The notes: generated by a model from the sequence alone, not told the origin. Counted from the stretch's first letter, positions 8,801 through 19,963 are shown. The stretch: DNA of 64,000 nt from a virus (IMGVR_UViG_3300043812_000016:32001-96000), one strand, 5' to 3'. Numbers and translations are program-made.

Positions 8801-8840
8801 AACATCCTGTGGTATCTCCAGCGCAGGATGTTTTTCTTTT
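8799..8840 (+). terminator. Intrinsic terminator of the tRNA operon
   Basis: AAACATCCTG/CAGGATGTTT stem followed by a T run. Confidence 0.8.
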
Positions 8841-8957
8841 ATTTCTTTATATTAATATTGATACAAGATTGTACAATCTTATTTCTTGTATTGAATTCAA
8901 TATGAGGAGGTTGGAATGTTAGACTAGGATAGCCTAGCCGTAACCTAGTTTCTCCTA

Positions 8958-10250
8958 GTGCTAACTCTAGCAATGGGAAAACATTATTTTAAGAAGTTAG
9001 CTGTTGCAACAGTAGCCTTAGCAACTCTTGGAGCAACGATGTCTCTTTCCTCTGGAACTGTAATGGCGGCCAAGGGGGATCATGGTGTCGATTGGTCGAA
9101 ATATCAAGGATCTAATGGTATCTTTGGTTATCCAGACGATAAGTTCGCTGTTATTCAAATGGGTGGTACTACTACTGGTTGGAATCTTTATGACCAGTGG
9201 ACTTATGGATCACAGGTAAGAAGTGCTATTGCTCAAGGCAAGCGGGCGCATAATTATATCTGGTGGCAAAATGTTACGACTACTCAACAGGCGGATCAAG
9301 TATTAAATTACTTTTTGCCTAAGGTACAAACACCGAGAGGCTCAATTATCGCTCTGGACGTTGAGTCAGGCTATCAGAGTACTCAAGCTATTGACCATGC
9401 TTGTCAACGAATTAAAGACGCAGGTTATACGCCAATGGTTTATGGTTATAAGAATTACCTTGTAAATAATACTGATCTTCATTATTTAGCAAGTAAGTAT
9501 CAACTCTGGTTGGCGGAATACCCTAATTATTCAGTAACTAGAGAACCTAATTATAATTTCTTCCCTAGCTTTGAAAATATTGGTATGTTCCAATATACGT
9601 CAACAGCGATTGCTGGTGGTCTTGATCGGAACATTGACCTCACTGGTATTACTGATAATGGTTATACTAATGGTAATGCTCAAAAGCCTAAGACAGAAAC
9701 TCCAGCAACGGAACAAGGTAAGCAACTTCATCAAGATACCCATAATTATGTGGTTAAGTCCGGTGATAGCTGGTGGAAGATTGCTAATGATCACGGAATG
9801 GATATGTACGCCTTAGCTAAGCTTAATGGAAGTACTATTAATTCTGTAATCTACCCCGGACAAGTTCTTCGGGTAGCTGATAAAGGCGAAGGTAATTCTG
9901 TTTCTAACAAGGTGCAAAAACCAGTACCAAGTACTAATACTCAACAAACTTCAACCTATACTGTTCGTTACGGGGACAGTTGGTGGAAGATTGCTAATGA
10001 TCATGGTATGAGTATGTATACTCTTGCACAAATTAATGGTAAGAGTATTTACAATACTATTTACCCCGGTCAAGTATTAAAGATTAGTGGAAACGCTCAA
10101 GTACAACAACGTAAGTCATATACTGTTCGTTATGGCGATAACCTTTCAACAATTGCTTATCGCCTAGGTACTTCTGTAAATCATTTAGTAGCTACTAATG
10201 GTTTAAGAAATGCTAATCTAATTTATCCCGGACAGGTCTTGAGTTACTAA
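8958..10250 (+). CDS. Endolysin: signal peptide, GH25 muramidase and 3 LysM domains
   Basis: GVDWSKYQG, IALDVE, WLAEYP, FQYTS; three LysM repeats; start uncertain. Confidence 0.92.
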   Translation: MLTLAMGKHYFKKLAVATVALATLGATMSLSSGTVMAAKGDHGVDWSKYQGSNGIFGYPDDKFAVIQMGGTTTGWNLYDQWTYGSQVRSAIAQGKRAHNYIWWQNVTTTQQADQVLNYFLPKVQTPRGSIIALDVESGYQSTQAIDHACQRIKDAGYTPMVYGYKNYLVNNTDLHYLASKYQLWLAEYPNYSVTREPNYNFFPSFENIGMFQYTSTAIAGGLDRNIDLTGITDNGYTNGNAQKPKTETPATEQGKQLHQDTHNYVVKSGDSWWKIANDHGMDMYALAKLNGSTINSVIYPGQVLRVADKGEGNSVSNKVQKPVPSTNTQQTSTYTVRYGDSWWKIANDHGMSMYTLAQINGKSIYNTIYPGQVLKISGNAQVQQRKSYTVRYGDNLSTIAYRLGTSVNHLVATNGLRNANLIYPGQVLSY

Positions 10251-10309
10251 AAAGAAGTCTAGCTAATTAGCTAGGCTTTTTATATTACACTTAAAAGGAG
10301 TGAGTGTAA

Positions 10310-10950
10310 TTGAACTACTTAAATATTTTGGATTCTATTAGTGATCGTTCTAAGGTGTATTTTTTACCCGTAGACTCTACGGGTATAGTAAGCTATGAAA
10401 ATGCCTTTTTAACGTTTCATATTACTGATTTAGAAGGAAATAAAGTCACTACGGTTACAGGTAATTATGATAGTAATGGCATCTACTTTGATCCTATTAA
10501 TCTGATTGGTCTATCTGCCGGTAAAGTATATGGACTATATTTAGAAATTAGAACACGTACAGAACGTAATTATTTTCCGGGGCAAGAAGTTCTTTATCTG
10601 ATTCTGACTACAGATGCAAAATTATCTATCTTAAAAGATATTCCGACTGATTACTTTAAGAATTTAGACAGCGGTAATAGTAAGATGCCTTTTAATTCTG
10701 TACAGGTAGATTACTTTAGATGAAGACAAACAGGCTTATTCCAGAATTATTAATAATACTTTGATTATTGGTATTCCTAAAGGTAAGACAGGGCCGGTTG
10801 GCCCTAAAGGAGATACTGGTGACCTCAAGGGCCTATAGGTGCTAGAGGTTTAGACGGTACTAATGGTAGAGATGGGACTAGTTATATCCCTTACATTGGT
10901 TCGGATGGGAATTGGCACGTTAAAGAAACGGATCAAGGTGAGTTGAGTTA
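10310..10950 (+). CDS. Tail-fibre adaptor/collagen protein (frameshifted)
   Basis: N-terminus paralogous to 13555; Gly-X-Y repeats after 10780 in shifted frames. Confidence 0.6.
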
Positions 10951-13362
10951 ATGGAAAAAGATATTAATTTAAATAGTCAAAGCTCAAGGACCTGTAGGTC
11001 CAATGGGTCCTCAAGGTGAACGTGGTCCACAAGGACCAGTTGGCCCTAAAGGAGATAAAGGTGATACTGGAGCTAAAGGTAGTGATGGTGCTAATGGTGC
11101 AAAAGGGGATACTGGTGCTAGAGGTATAAGTATCTGGGCTTCTAAATATGCTCGTGGTGCTAAATTGAATGACCAGTATTGGTCTGATTTGAATGGTACA
11201 AAGGTTGGCTTTGGTCCACAGGTTGGTGATTTAGTTTTACAGACTGATGGAAATGTTTCTATAGTTACAAAGTCAGTAACTTCTTCTGATATTTATACTG
11301 GTGGTGGTTTATGGTCTATAGATGGTTATTTATTTAATATCCGTGGTCCACAGGGTTCTGTAGGTCTTACTGGACCAATGGGACCCGCCGGTCCTAAGGG
11401 AGAAACTGGTGCTACAGGAGCAACGGGCGCTAAAGGTAGTACGGGAGACAGAGGACCTCAAGGAATACAAGGACCTCAAGGAATAGACAAAGGAGACTAA
11501 AGGTGATCAAGGAGATAAAGGAGATACTGGACCACAAGGGCCTAAAGGGGATAAAGGTGATACGGGACCTAAAGGTAATGATGGATTTACCCCACAGATT
11601 GATAGTAATGGTCATTGGAAGATAGGCAATACAACTACTCAATATTCAGTAGGTATGAGGGATCAAGATGACTCAGCTACTCTATTAGATCTTAATACAG
11701 ATAGAGCTGTTTATTATCCGTCTGAAAAAGTAGTTTTCTATGCTACTAGCGTTTCTGGTCATGGTCATTTAGTAGTTAAGTATTATCATTTAAATAATTT
11801 AGTTGCTACTAAGGAAATCTATTATGGAACTTCTGAGCTTAGCTGGTCTTGGCTTTTGCCTGCTGACGATAATATTGGTTATGCTGTAGTAATTGAAAAT
11901 CATGTTGGTAATAATGTATCAACAGAGACAATTGCAATTAATGTAAGTAGCGATCTCTATAATTATCCTATTATGGGATTTATTTCTAGGTATGATAATG
12001 ATTCTCCAACAGAAATAAAAGGGGTTTTAGACTACTTAAAGCGACTTCATATCAATTTAATTCAGTGTTATGATTGGTTTGATTATCACTCTTTGCCATT
12101 ACCTACTTATAGTAATGGTGGTGATAGTTTATTTGTTGCTAATATTTGGAATGATATGGGTAATCGTTTAACTAAAAAGAAAGTTATTGAAGATTACTGT
12201 TATTTAGCTAAAAGCTATGGAATGAAACCTTTAGCTTATATGGCGATGAATGGATCTGATACTAATCAGCTAGTTCACGGATTATCCGCTGATATGTTTT
12301 TATATAATGATAATTCAAAAAGCCTTGACCATGTTTATAAAACTTTAGATAAATCTAATGGCTGGGGTAAATATAATCTTTATAATATGAATTGGATGAA
12401 TGGTCCTTGGCAGGATTATATTTATCGTCAAATGGAAACCGTTAGAAATAATATGCCATTTGTTGGTTGGCATATTGATATGTTTGGTGACCCCGGTAAT
12501 AAGTATGAGGCCAATGGTAATCTAATTAGTAGCGCTACTCTTGCTAATGGTATCCATTATTTCCTAAATAAAGCTGGTAAATTAGGTTGGGATACTGGTG
12601 TTAATTCTGTTGGTGAATACGGACTTGATGATATTAGAAATTCAACAGTTCCTAAATATCTTTATACCGAAGTATGGGATAATCGTAAGACTTATAATGA
12701 CTTGTTTAATCTGGTTAAATTTCTTGCTGAATCACGGGATAGTAACAAGCAAAAGAAAGGTGTAATTATAGCCGCTTATATGGATTATGATTACGCTAAA
12801 AATAATGCTGGTAAGTATTTTAATACGGACGGAATCATTCTAGCTGACTTAGTGATTATGGCTAGTGGTGGTACTCATTTGGAAATAGGGTGAGCATATG
12901 CTCTGTAATGAGTATTTCCCTAATAGTAATCTTAATCTCCCCTCAACGCTTAAAGATAATTATTTACCTAAGATGTATGACTTTTTTGTTGCTTTTAAAG
13001 AAATTATTGGCCTAGGCTATCAAGTTGACGGTTTAGCTACTATTGATGGTGGTAGTGTAGATTATTTACAAAGCGGTAAAGTTTGCGGGATTAGCCGAGG
13101 AAATAAGAATGATTATTTAGGTTTAAGTTTAATTAATCTTAGAACTACTAATACAGAGTGGCGAGATACAAATGCTAATTGTAGTGTTTCTCCAGCACAA
13201 AATATTAGGGTAACGCTCAAGCTAGGTGTAACTAATCATGACTGGTACTATTTTGACTTAGATAATTTAGAGCCTCAAAAATTAAATGTAGGGGCAGACG
13301 GAGTAGTTAATATTTCTTCACTAAGATATTATGGATTTATTTTAGGTATTCCTAAAAAATAG
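10951..13362 (+). CDS. Collagen-repeat fibre with a GH66 dextranase-like domain (frameshifts near 10975, 11490, 12890)
   Basis: Gly-X-Y repeats, then [59 protein letters not shown]. Confidence 0.8.
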
Positions 13363-13365
13363 TTA

Positions 13366-13482
13366 TTGATAATTTATTTAATTATGATATACTTAAATTA
13401 AATATTTAAGTAATGTAATTTGCCACTATACTAATATCTTGTTTACAGCCTTTTCTGCTAGTATGTAGGAAAGGTTTTTTAT
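13366..13482 (+). ncRNA. Promoter-sRNA-terminator unit A
   Basis: TTGATA-N16-TATACT, ~50 nt without ORF, terminator 13447-13482. Confidence 0.5.
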
Positions 13483-13554
13483 TTTACGTTGGTTTAATCC
13501 CCTATATTACAATTAGCGAAACCATGTGATAAGAAAGGGGAATGCAAGGGTCTA

Positions 13555-15732
13555 ATGAATAAATTAAGTTTTATTTCAAGCATTCCTAGTGATAATGATA
13601 CAACAATTTATTTAGTGCCTACTAATTCTCAAAAGAGCTTACAGTTCTTTAACGTGGAATTAAATATGCACTTTTATGATCTTAGTGGTAATAGTCGTTT
13701 AACTATTCCGGTAAATGCTAACGATGATGGTGTTTACTTTAAACTAAGCCAGTTATCTTCATTAGGACTAGGAACATATGCTTTTTATCTTAGTATGCGT
13801 TATTCAGACCATATGGAGTATTATCCTAGTAATACAGCGAAGTATATTACTTTGGCTTATAATAACAACAGATTAGTCTTTAAGAGTATCTTTACTCCCG
13901 AAGCTACTAATATTACTCCTCCCGATACGAGTAAGATTGTTGAACGCCAAGTTTTGCACGTCCATGATATTGATATTAAAGATATTAAGGTATCGACAAT
14001 TGACTCTAATAAAAACGCTAATGTTTATCTAGATCAGTATGATGTTTTACATTTTGATATTCCTAAGGGTGAGACTGGTAAGTCTCTATATGAATTAGCA
14101 CGGGACGCTGGTTTTACTGGTAGTTTTAAAGACTATGAAAAAACTTTAGTTGGTCCTACTGGTCCTAAAGGTGATCGTGGTTATAATATCTGGTTCGATA
14201 CCCATGATTATGGTGAAAACTACCGTGGCTCTTATTGGACTGACTTAAAGGGATCTGCTCCCGATCGTGGACCACAGGTTAGCGACTTAGTGGTTTTAAG
14301 TAGTGGTCATTTAGTTCAAGTAACTGGTGTTAGTTACGGTGGTGTTCCCGAAGCTGGTGGAGGTACCTTTAATTATGGTCCTTACTTAGCTAACTTAGCT
14401 GGTGTAGCTGGACCAAAAGGTGATCGTGGTGCTACTGGTTTACAAGGTCCTCAAGGTAATACTGGACCTACTGGTCCACAGGGTCCTGTAGGTCCTGCTG
14501 GTAAGAACTTTAATATTAAAAAGACTTTTGATTCTGTATCTGCAATGAATGCAAGTAATGGCGCTGGATTTACTGACGGTGACTTTACAATGATTGCAAG
14601 TAATGTTAGTGATCCTGATAATTCAAAGCTTTATGTTTGGGACGGAAGTAAGTTTGTTTATATTTCTGACCTTTCTGGTGCCCAAGGTATTCAAGGACCA
14701 CAAGGGATTCAAGGTATTCAGGGGGTTCAAGGTAAGCAAGGTTTAACTGGACCTCAAGGACCAAAGGGGGATAAAGGTGATACCGGGGCTACTGGACTCC
14801 AAGGACCCAAGGGGGATAAGGGTGAAACCGGACCACAAGGTCCTCAGGGTGTAAAAGGTGATACAGGTGACACTGGTACTGTTGATAATGCCGGATTGAC
14901 CACAGCGCCCGCTTTTGTTAAGCTTCAAACGCAGGTCAATAATAGTGCTGTGGGTACTAACCTATTAATGGGCACACGTGATTGGCAAGGGGACTGGAAA
15001 AATCTCCCATCATGGATGGTGAGTGAAGAGACGTACAAAGGTCTTACTGTTCGGTACTATTCACACGCATGGGATGGCCTAATGCAATATTATGACGCAG
15101 ATCCTAACACTACGTATACTTTTAGCTTCTATGCCAAAGCATCCGAAGCAGATAACAGCATGACTATATTTGTGCTTGATTCAGATGATTGGAGCAGTCC
15201 AGTCGTTAGCAGACCAGACTATGTTGGTCAAACTATAACAACAGAATGGCAACGATATTCAGTCACCTTTACTACTAAGAGTGGTGGGAAGATTTCCCCA
15301 AATGTCTGCTCTAATAAAGATGGTGTGACAATTTATGCGGCTGGTTACAAACTTGAAAAAGGTAGCGTAGCTACTGACTGGATGCCAGCGCCAGAGGATA
15401 GGGGTGATCGGGGTCTAAGTATCTGGTTTGATAAGTATGCTTATGGCGGTAATAGACCTAACCAATACTGGTCTGATCTTTACAATACTAAAGTTGGTTT
15501 TGGTCCACAGGTCGGCGACTTGATTATCCAAACTAATGGTATGATTACCCAAGTAACTGCTGTTAATGCTAGTGGAGATGCTTCTACTGGTGGTGGTACT
15601 TTTGATACGGGTGCTGTTATTGGTAATATGCAAGGTCATACCCCTGTTCGTGGTACTGATTACTGGACTGACGCAGATAAAAATGAAATTAAGTCTTATG
15701 TAGATGACGCAATTTTAAATGGAAAGTGGTGA
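13555..15732 (+). CDS. Tail fibre/receptor-binding protein with collagen repeats and a carbohydrate-binding module
   Basis: GPQG repeats, GTNLL...YTFSFYAKA...EWQRYSVTF...KLEKGSVATDW. Confidence 0.85.
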   Translation: MNKLSFISSIPSDNDTTIYLVPTNSQKSLQFFNVELNMHFYDLSGNSRLTIPVNANDDGVYFKLSQLSSLGLGTYAFYLSMRYSDHMEYYPSNTAKYITLAYNNNRLVFKSIFTPEATNITPPDTSKIVERQVLHVHDIDIKDIKVSTIDSNKNANVYLDQYDVLHFDIPKGETGKSLYELARDAGFTGSFKDYEKTLVGPTGPKGDRGYNIWFDTHDYGENYRGSYWTDLKGSAPDRGPQVSDLVVLSSGHLVQVTGVSYGGVPEAGGGTFNYGPYLANLAGVAGPKGDRGATGLQGPQGNTGPTGPQGPVGPAGKNFNIKKTFDSVSAMNASNGAGFTDGDFTMIASNVSDPDNSKLYVWDGSKFVYISDLSGAQGIQGPQGIQGIQGVQGKQGLTGPQGPKGDKGDTGATGLQGPKGDKGETGPQGPQGVKGDTGDTGTVDNAGLTTAPAFVKLQTQVNNSAVGTNLLMGTRDWQGDWKNLPSWMVSEETYKGLTVRYYSHAWDGLMQYYDADPNTTYTFSFYAKASEADNSMTIFVLDSDDWSSPVVSRPDYVGQTITTEWQRYSVTFTTKSGGKISPNVCSNKDGVTIYAAGYKLEKGSVATDWMPAPEDRGDRGLSIWFDKYAYGGNRPNQYWSDLYNTKVGFGPQVGDLIIQTNGMITQVTAVNASGDASTGGGTFDTGAVIGNMQGHTPVRGTDYWTDADKNEIKSYVDDAILNGKW

Positions 15733-15790
15733 GTAGATGAGTTTGAATGATATTTTAACGGTTCTACTCTAATAGATTGGAGGTGATAGC

Positions 15791-16672
15791 ATGACAGTTA
15801 AGGATACTTTTACTTCAATGGCCGATCATCTACGTAGTGAATATGGTATTAATGATTTATTAACGACTAATCAGATTAAGGACGGTTTTAACGGGTTACA
15901 CGTTACTAACCTAATAGATGATGGCCAGTCCTATGATTCAACAGTTGATAAGGTTGGTTGGAAACCTATAACGGGATTTCAGAAGTATGCTAATTTGATT
16001 CCAGGCAAATATATTTCAGTTTCATGTGATATTGAATGGTCTGGATATGATCCTAGTAAGGGTGAGCGCATTGGTATTGAATATGGAATAAAGTTTAAGA
16101 ATAGTCCTGAATTTTGGCTAGAGGTATTTTGTTACCCTAAAACTTCTAATGGTTCTAATCACATAGTTGGTGGTGGACTATTACCACAGGACATTATTAC
16201 AGGCTATGATGAAGGTAATTTTTACTCAATTGACTCGGGTGTATGCAAGATTACTAACCCCAAGATTTTTATAAATCCAATGGGGGGGAAAAGCAGTCTG
16301 AACTTGCTTAACCCATCCTTGTTTATGTTAGATCATAGTAAAATGCAGGGAACATTGATTACTTTTGATACCACAGGTCCTACTGATAGCTTAGGTCTTA
16401 TCCGTCAGAATCATATCTATCCTAATAAAGGTAGTTCTTATAAATTATCCTTTGAAGCTATTGGTAGTGGGAATATAATGACATATGTATTTGGTGGTAC
16501 AGTTGATAAGGGTTATCAAAGCAATGGTCATTTGATTACCTTAACAAATAGCTGGGATTATTATGAGCAATTAATCCCTGCTGATAATATGCCATTAAAT
16601 GCAAATTTTAATTTTAGTGCAATTACTAATTGTAAGGGTAAGGTAGCTGATCTTAAATTGATAGAAGTTTGA
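15791..16672 (+). CDS. Fibre-associated protein with tandem carbohydrate-binding-like domains
   Basis: RBS GGAGGTG; two NLL/NLI-initiated beta-rich domains. Confidence 0.6.
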   Translation: MTVKDTFTSMADHLRSEYGINDLLTTNQIKDGFNGLHVTNLIDDGQSYDSTVDKVGWKPITGFQKYANLIPGKYISVSCDIEWSGYDPSKGERIGIEYGIKFKNSPEFWLEVFCYPKTSNGSNHIVGGGLLPQDIITGYDEGNFYSIDSGVCKITNPKIFINPMGGKSSLNLLNPSLFMLDHSKMQGTLITFDTTGPTDSLGLIRQNHIYPNKGSSYKLSFEAIGSGNIMTYVFGGTVDKGYQSNGHLITLTNSWDYYEQLIPADNMPLNANFNFSAITNCKGKVADLKLIEV

Positions 16673-16698
16673 ATTTAACTAAGCTAAAATTAAAAGGC

Positions 16699-16851
16699 TT
16701 ACTAAGATCAGCGACTTGTGATATAATAAGTTGTAAGAGTGGTAGTAACTCTACGGAGCCTACTGCGAGGGGTAAGTACAAGTCCCTATAAAGTACATTA
16801 AGACTAGTCTAAGTCCTACTCATGCTATTTGTGAGTTAGGGCTTTTCTTTT
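16699..16851 (+). ncRNA. Promoter-sRNA-terminator unit B with two tandem H-type pseudoknots
   Basis: TGaTATAAT at 16719-16727; pairings given in findings; terminator 16811-16851. Confidence 0.55.
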
Positions 16852-16914
16852 ACAATTTTGTATTCTTTTCTTTGTATAGTGTTAATTCCCTATATTACAG
16901 TACAGGTGATAAGA

Positions 16915-17181
16915 ATGACTTATGATGATGTTCTTATTAAACGTAAGAAGTTATTTAAGCATATGGATCGTAAGAGAGTGTTTAAACGTAAATCACATAA
17001 TACCGAAACTCGTTATTGTGCTGTTTGTGGTCGTCCTCTTACATCCTATGTATTTAAGACAGGGGAGTTTGTTACCTCGGTTAAGCATATTCATTACTAT
17101 GTAAATGGAACTTTTCTTTCTGGTTCTGTTTGCTATAGCCCACACAGTTGTTATCGGTATTTAAGAAAGGAAGTGAAATAA
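16915..17181 (+). CDS. Zn-finger hypothetical protein of the packaging module
   Basis: CAVCG motif, AGGTG RBS, TATATTA upstream. Confidence 0.65.
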   Translation: MTYDDVLIKRKKLFKHMDRKRVFKRKSHNTETRYCAVCGRPLTSYVFKTGEFVTSVKHIHYYVNGTFLSGSVCYSPHSCYRYLRKEVK

Positions 17182-17182
17182 C

Positions 17183-17605
17183 TTGTCTGGTTTAACAGAT
17201 TCAATTCGTCAAATGATTTCAGCAGGGGAGACTGCTGATAAAGAACAAGCAACCGATAATATTAAACAAACAATTGAATTAGTTTCTAAGAAGCTTTTAG
17301 ATCAGGCAATGAGTGGAACTTCTGAACTTGACGTTAAAGACTTAAAGGACTTAGCTTCTGTTTATACTTTATTACAGCAAACTTCTGCTGGCGATGATAC
17401 GCAAACAGGTGCTCCACAAGCTCCTGCTGGTATGAGTGATATTTTTAATGACTCTATCCCTGTTTATAAAGATCCACAGGACGAGAATAAGAAACGGGTA
17501 GATCAAGATGATTTAATTGATTTATCGTCTAAGGATATTGATAAAATGGTATCAGATCAGTTCAAGGAACAAAATGATCTCAATTATAAAGCTAATGAAG
17601 CTTAA
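17183..17605 (+). CDS. Putative terminase small subunit
   Basis: Size, position and LDVKDLKDLASVY segment resemble the Twort-like gene upstream of terL. Confidence 0.45.
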   Translation: MSGLTDSIRQMISAGETADKEQATDNIKQTIELVSKKLLDQAMSGTSELDVKDLKDLASVYTLLQQTSAGDDTQTGAPQAPAGMSDIFNDSIPVYKDPQDENKKRVDQDDLIDLSSKDIDKMVSDQFKEQNDLNYKANEA

Positions 17606-17608
17606 TTA

Positions 17609-17708
17609 TTGACTTATTAAATAATTATGCTATTATAATTTATAAGTCGGTCAAACTTATGTATGGTGTTTTTTATTTTGAGGTAGCTACTGCAGTAGCT
17701 ACCTTTTG
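17609..17708 (+). ncRNA. Promoter-sRNA-terminator unit C
   Basis: TTGACT-N16-TATTAT; perfect AGGTAGCTACT/AGTAGCTACCT hairpin with T run. Confidence 0.5.
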
Positions 17709-17836
17709 TTATATAAGCAGTATATAAAGGATTAAAATTAGAAGTAGGAGATTTAGCTACCCCTCTATAAAATTTTTAATTAATCAGAAAAACCACTTAA
17801 ACTAAGAATAAATCTTAGATTAGGTGGTTATTTTAG

Positions 17837-18547
17837 TTGATTAAGTTGTATAATAATGATTGTTTAAAAATTTTACCGACTTTACCAGACCATAGTGTAG
17901 ATATGGTTTTATCTGACCTTCCGTTCGGATCAACTAGGAATCAGTGGGATTCTATTATTCCAATGGATCAGCTTTGGGAGCAGTATAAACGCTTATTAAA
18001 AGTAGGTGGAGTAGTTGCTTTGTTTGGTGACGAACCTTTTTCATCTAGTTTAAGGCTATCTAATCCTAAATGGTATCGTTATGATTGGTATTGGATTAAA
18101 AATAGAGGTTCTGGTTTTCTTAATGCTAAGAAAATGCCCTTAAAAGCGGTTGAGACTATTTCCATTTTTTATCCTAAGCTCCCTCTTTATAATCCACAAA
18201 TGGTTGAGGGAAAGCATTATAAAGCTAAGAATGATACTAAAAGTAATAATTGGGGTTCTTATAAGACTGGCTGGGTTACTGATAATAAAGGTACCCGTTA
18301 TCCAGTTAATGCTATCCATTTTAATAAGTTAGCAAAGACAATTCACCCTACTCAAAAACCAGTTGATCTCTTAGAGTATTTAATTAAGACCTACACTAAT
18401 GAGGGTATGACAGTACTGGACAACACTATGGGTTCTGGGTCTACTGGAGTTGCTTGTAAGAACCTAAATCGTAATTTTATCGGAATTGAAAAAGATCCAG
18501 ATTATTTTAAATTAGCGAAGGAGCGATTAGATGGGAACGTGGATTAA
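17837..18547 (+). CDS. DNA methyltransferase, N4-C/N6-A family
   Basis: DLPF catalytic-type motif, HPTQKP, VLDNTMGSGSTG. Confidence 0.9.
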   Translation: MIKLYNNDCLKILPTLPDHSVDMVLSDLPFGSTRNQWDSIIPMDQLWEQYKRLLKVGGVVALFGDEPFSSSLRLSNPKWYRYDWYWIKNRGSGFLNAKKMPLKAVETISIFYPKLPLYNPQMVEGKHYKAKNDTKSNNWGSYKTGWVTDNKGTRYPVNAIHFNKLAKTIHPTQKPVDLLEYLIKTYTNEGMTVLDNTMGSGSTGVACKNLNRNFIGIEKDPDYFKLAKERLDGNVD

Positions 18548-18737
18548 ATGCTTACTTTTTATCCTATTAATTTTAGTTATTATTGTTACTCTTTTTGCTA
18601 TTGTTGGTTATAGTGTATTATTTTTAATTTCACTTTTTCATATTACTGTTGATTTTAGCTTTTTAAATGCTGTGTTTGCTGGTGGAGCAACCTGTGTTTG
18701 TTTTAGCTTAATTGGGGGTATCTGGGGTGAAAAATAA
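18531..18737 (+). CDS. Small membrane protein
   Basis: Two hydrophobic helices, AAGGAG RBS. Confidence 0.6.
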   Translation: MGTWIKCLLFILLILVIIVTLFAIVGYSVLFLISLFHITVDFSFLNAVFAGGATCVCFSLIGGIWGEK

Positions 18738-19107
18738 ATTAAAGAGCGGGCTAGTTTATATTATTTTTGCAATTTTTGTTAGCTTAGTATCTTCTGGTTT
18801 TGTCTATTTAGTTTCTTTTATTCCTTTTTTAGGTCCTATTCCTAATTATTCTTATTTATTTTGGCTTTCATTTTTATATCTTATAGAGGTTGAGATTATT
18901 AAGAAATTATTTAATTTACATACCAATTTAGTATTAATAATTTTATTTATCCTTGTATATGGGGCTGGTTTTGCTTATTTAGGACTACCAGCTAATAATT
19001 GGTTAGCTCTTTTCATGTTATTCTTATCTATTTTAACAGCTTCTATTGTACAGTTAGGTTATCGTTATTTTAAGCGGGGTGCGAATGGTAAAACAAAAGA
19101 TAATTAA
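18727..19107 (+). CDS. Membrane protein
   Basis: About four hydrophobic segments. Confidence 0.6.
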   Translation: MKNKLKSGLVYIIFAIFVSLVSSGFVYLVSFIPFLGPIPNYSYLFWLSFLYLIEVEIIKKLFNLHTNLVLIILFILVYGAGFAYLGLPANNWLALFMLFLSILTASIVQLGYRYFKRGANGKTKDN

Positions 19108-19963
19108 ATCTCCAATTAACTATATGGGAAGTAAGAGACGTTTGCTTCCTCAGTTGTTGCCAGAACTACAACAAGACAACATTGATACATTCTTCGATTT
19201 GTTTGCGGGTGCAGGTAATGTTTCTTTAAACGTCAAAGCTCGGTATCATATCTGGAATGATCTTTCTACTCCTTTGGTTCAGATGTTTAAGGATCTATCT
19301 ACTTTAAATTCTTTGCAGTTTGAAGCTTCTAAAGAGTATATCATTAATCTAACTAATAAAGACGAATTCTTGAAGTTAAGATCTGATTATAATTCTGGTT
19401 ATTTTGAATACGACTTTGATAAATCTATCTCTCTCTATCTGCTGATTATTGCTTCTTTTAATGGCTTACCCCGTTTTAATAAAGCTTTTGAATACAATAT
19501 GCCTTATGCTAATTCTGAACGAGTTAATAAACGTTATTTAGAGAATAAGCTAAAGATTTTAGGTGACTTTATTAAAGTAATTAAAAATGGCTCTTATGGT
19601 TTTACCAATAAAAGTTATGATAAGGTAATTAATCTTAACACTGTTCATGATAATGATTTAGTTTATATGGATCCGCCTTATAGTCTAACTACCGCTACCT
19701 ATAATGATGGTAAGCGGGGTCTTAATTGGACTGAGGAAGACGATGTTAAGTTAGTAAATTACTTTAATGATTTAACACAAGCAGGGGTTAAGACTGCGAT
19801 GTCTAATGTGTTATCACATCGTGGAAAAGTTAATACAGTTTTAATGGAGTTTATTAAAGCTAATCCAGATCTTAAAGTTGTTCATTTTAATATGGACTAT
19901 TCTAATTCAACATATCATACTAAGTCTGGTAAAAGTGATGAAATTTTAATTAAAAACTATTGA
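19085..19963 (+). CDS. Dam-family (D12 class) adenine methyltransferase
   Basis: NYMGSK, DLFAGAG, YMDPPY, SDEILIKNY. Confidence 0.9.
   Translation: MVKQKIIKSPINYMGSKRRLLPQLLPELQQDNIDTFFDLFAGAGNVSLNVKARYHIWNDLSTPLVQMFKDLSTLNSLQFEASKEYIINLTNKDEFLKLRSDYNSGYFEYDFDKSISLYLLIIASFNGLPRFNKAFEYNMPYANSERVNKRYLENKLKILGDFIKVIKNGSYGFTNKSYDKVINLNTVHDNDLVYMDPPYSLTTATYNDGKRGLNWTEEDDVKLVNYFNDLTQAGVKTAMSNVLSHRGKVNTVLMEFIKANPDLKVVHFNMDYSNSTYHTKSGKSDEILIKNY

Noticed and set aside
17746-17779. Resemblance to a preQ1-I riboswitch (TAGCTAC-CCCTCT-ATAAAA)
   Set aside because: P1 pairs poorly, the 3' ACTAA is missing and the downstream gene is a methyltransferase
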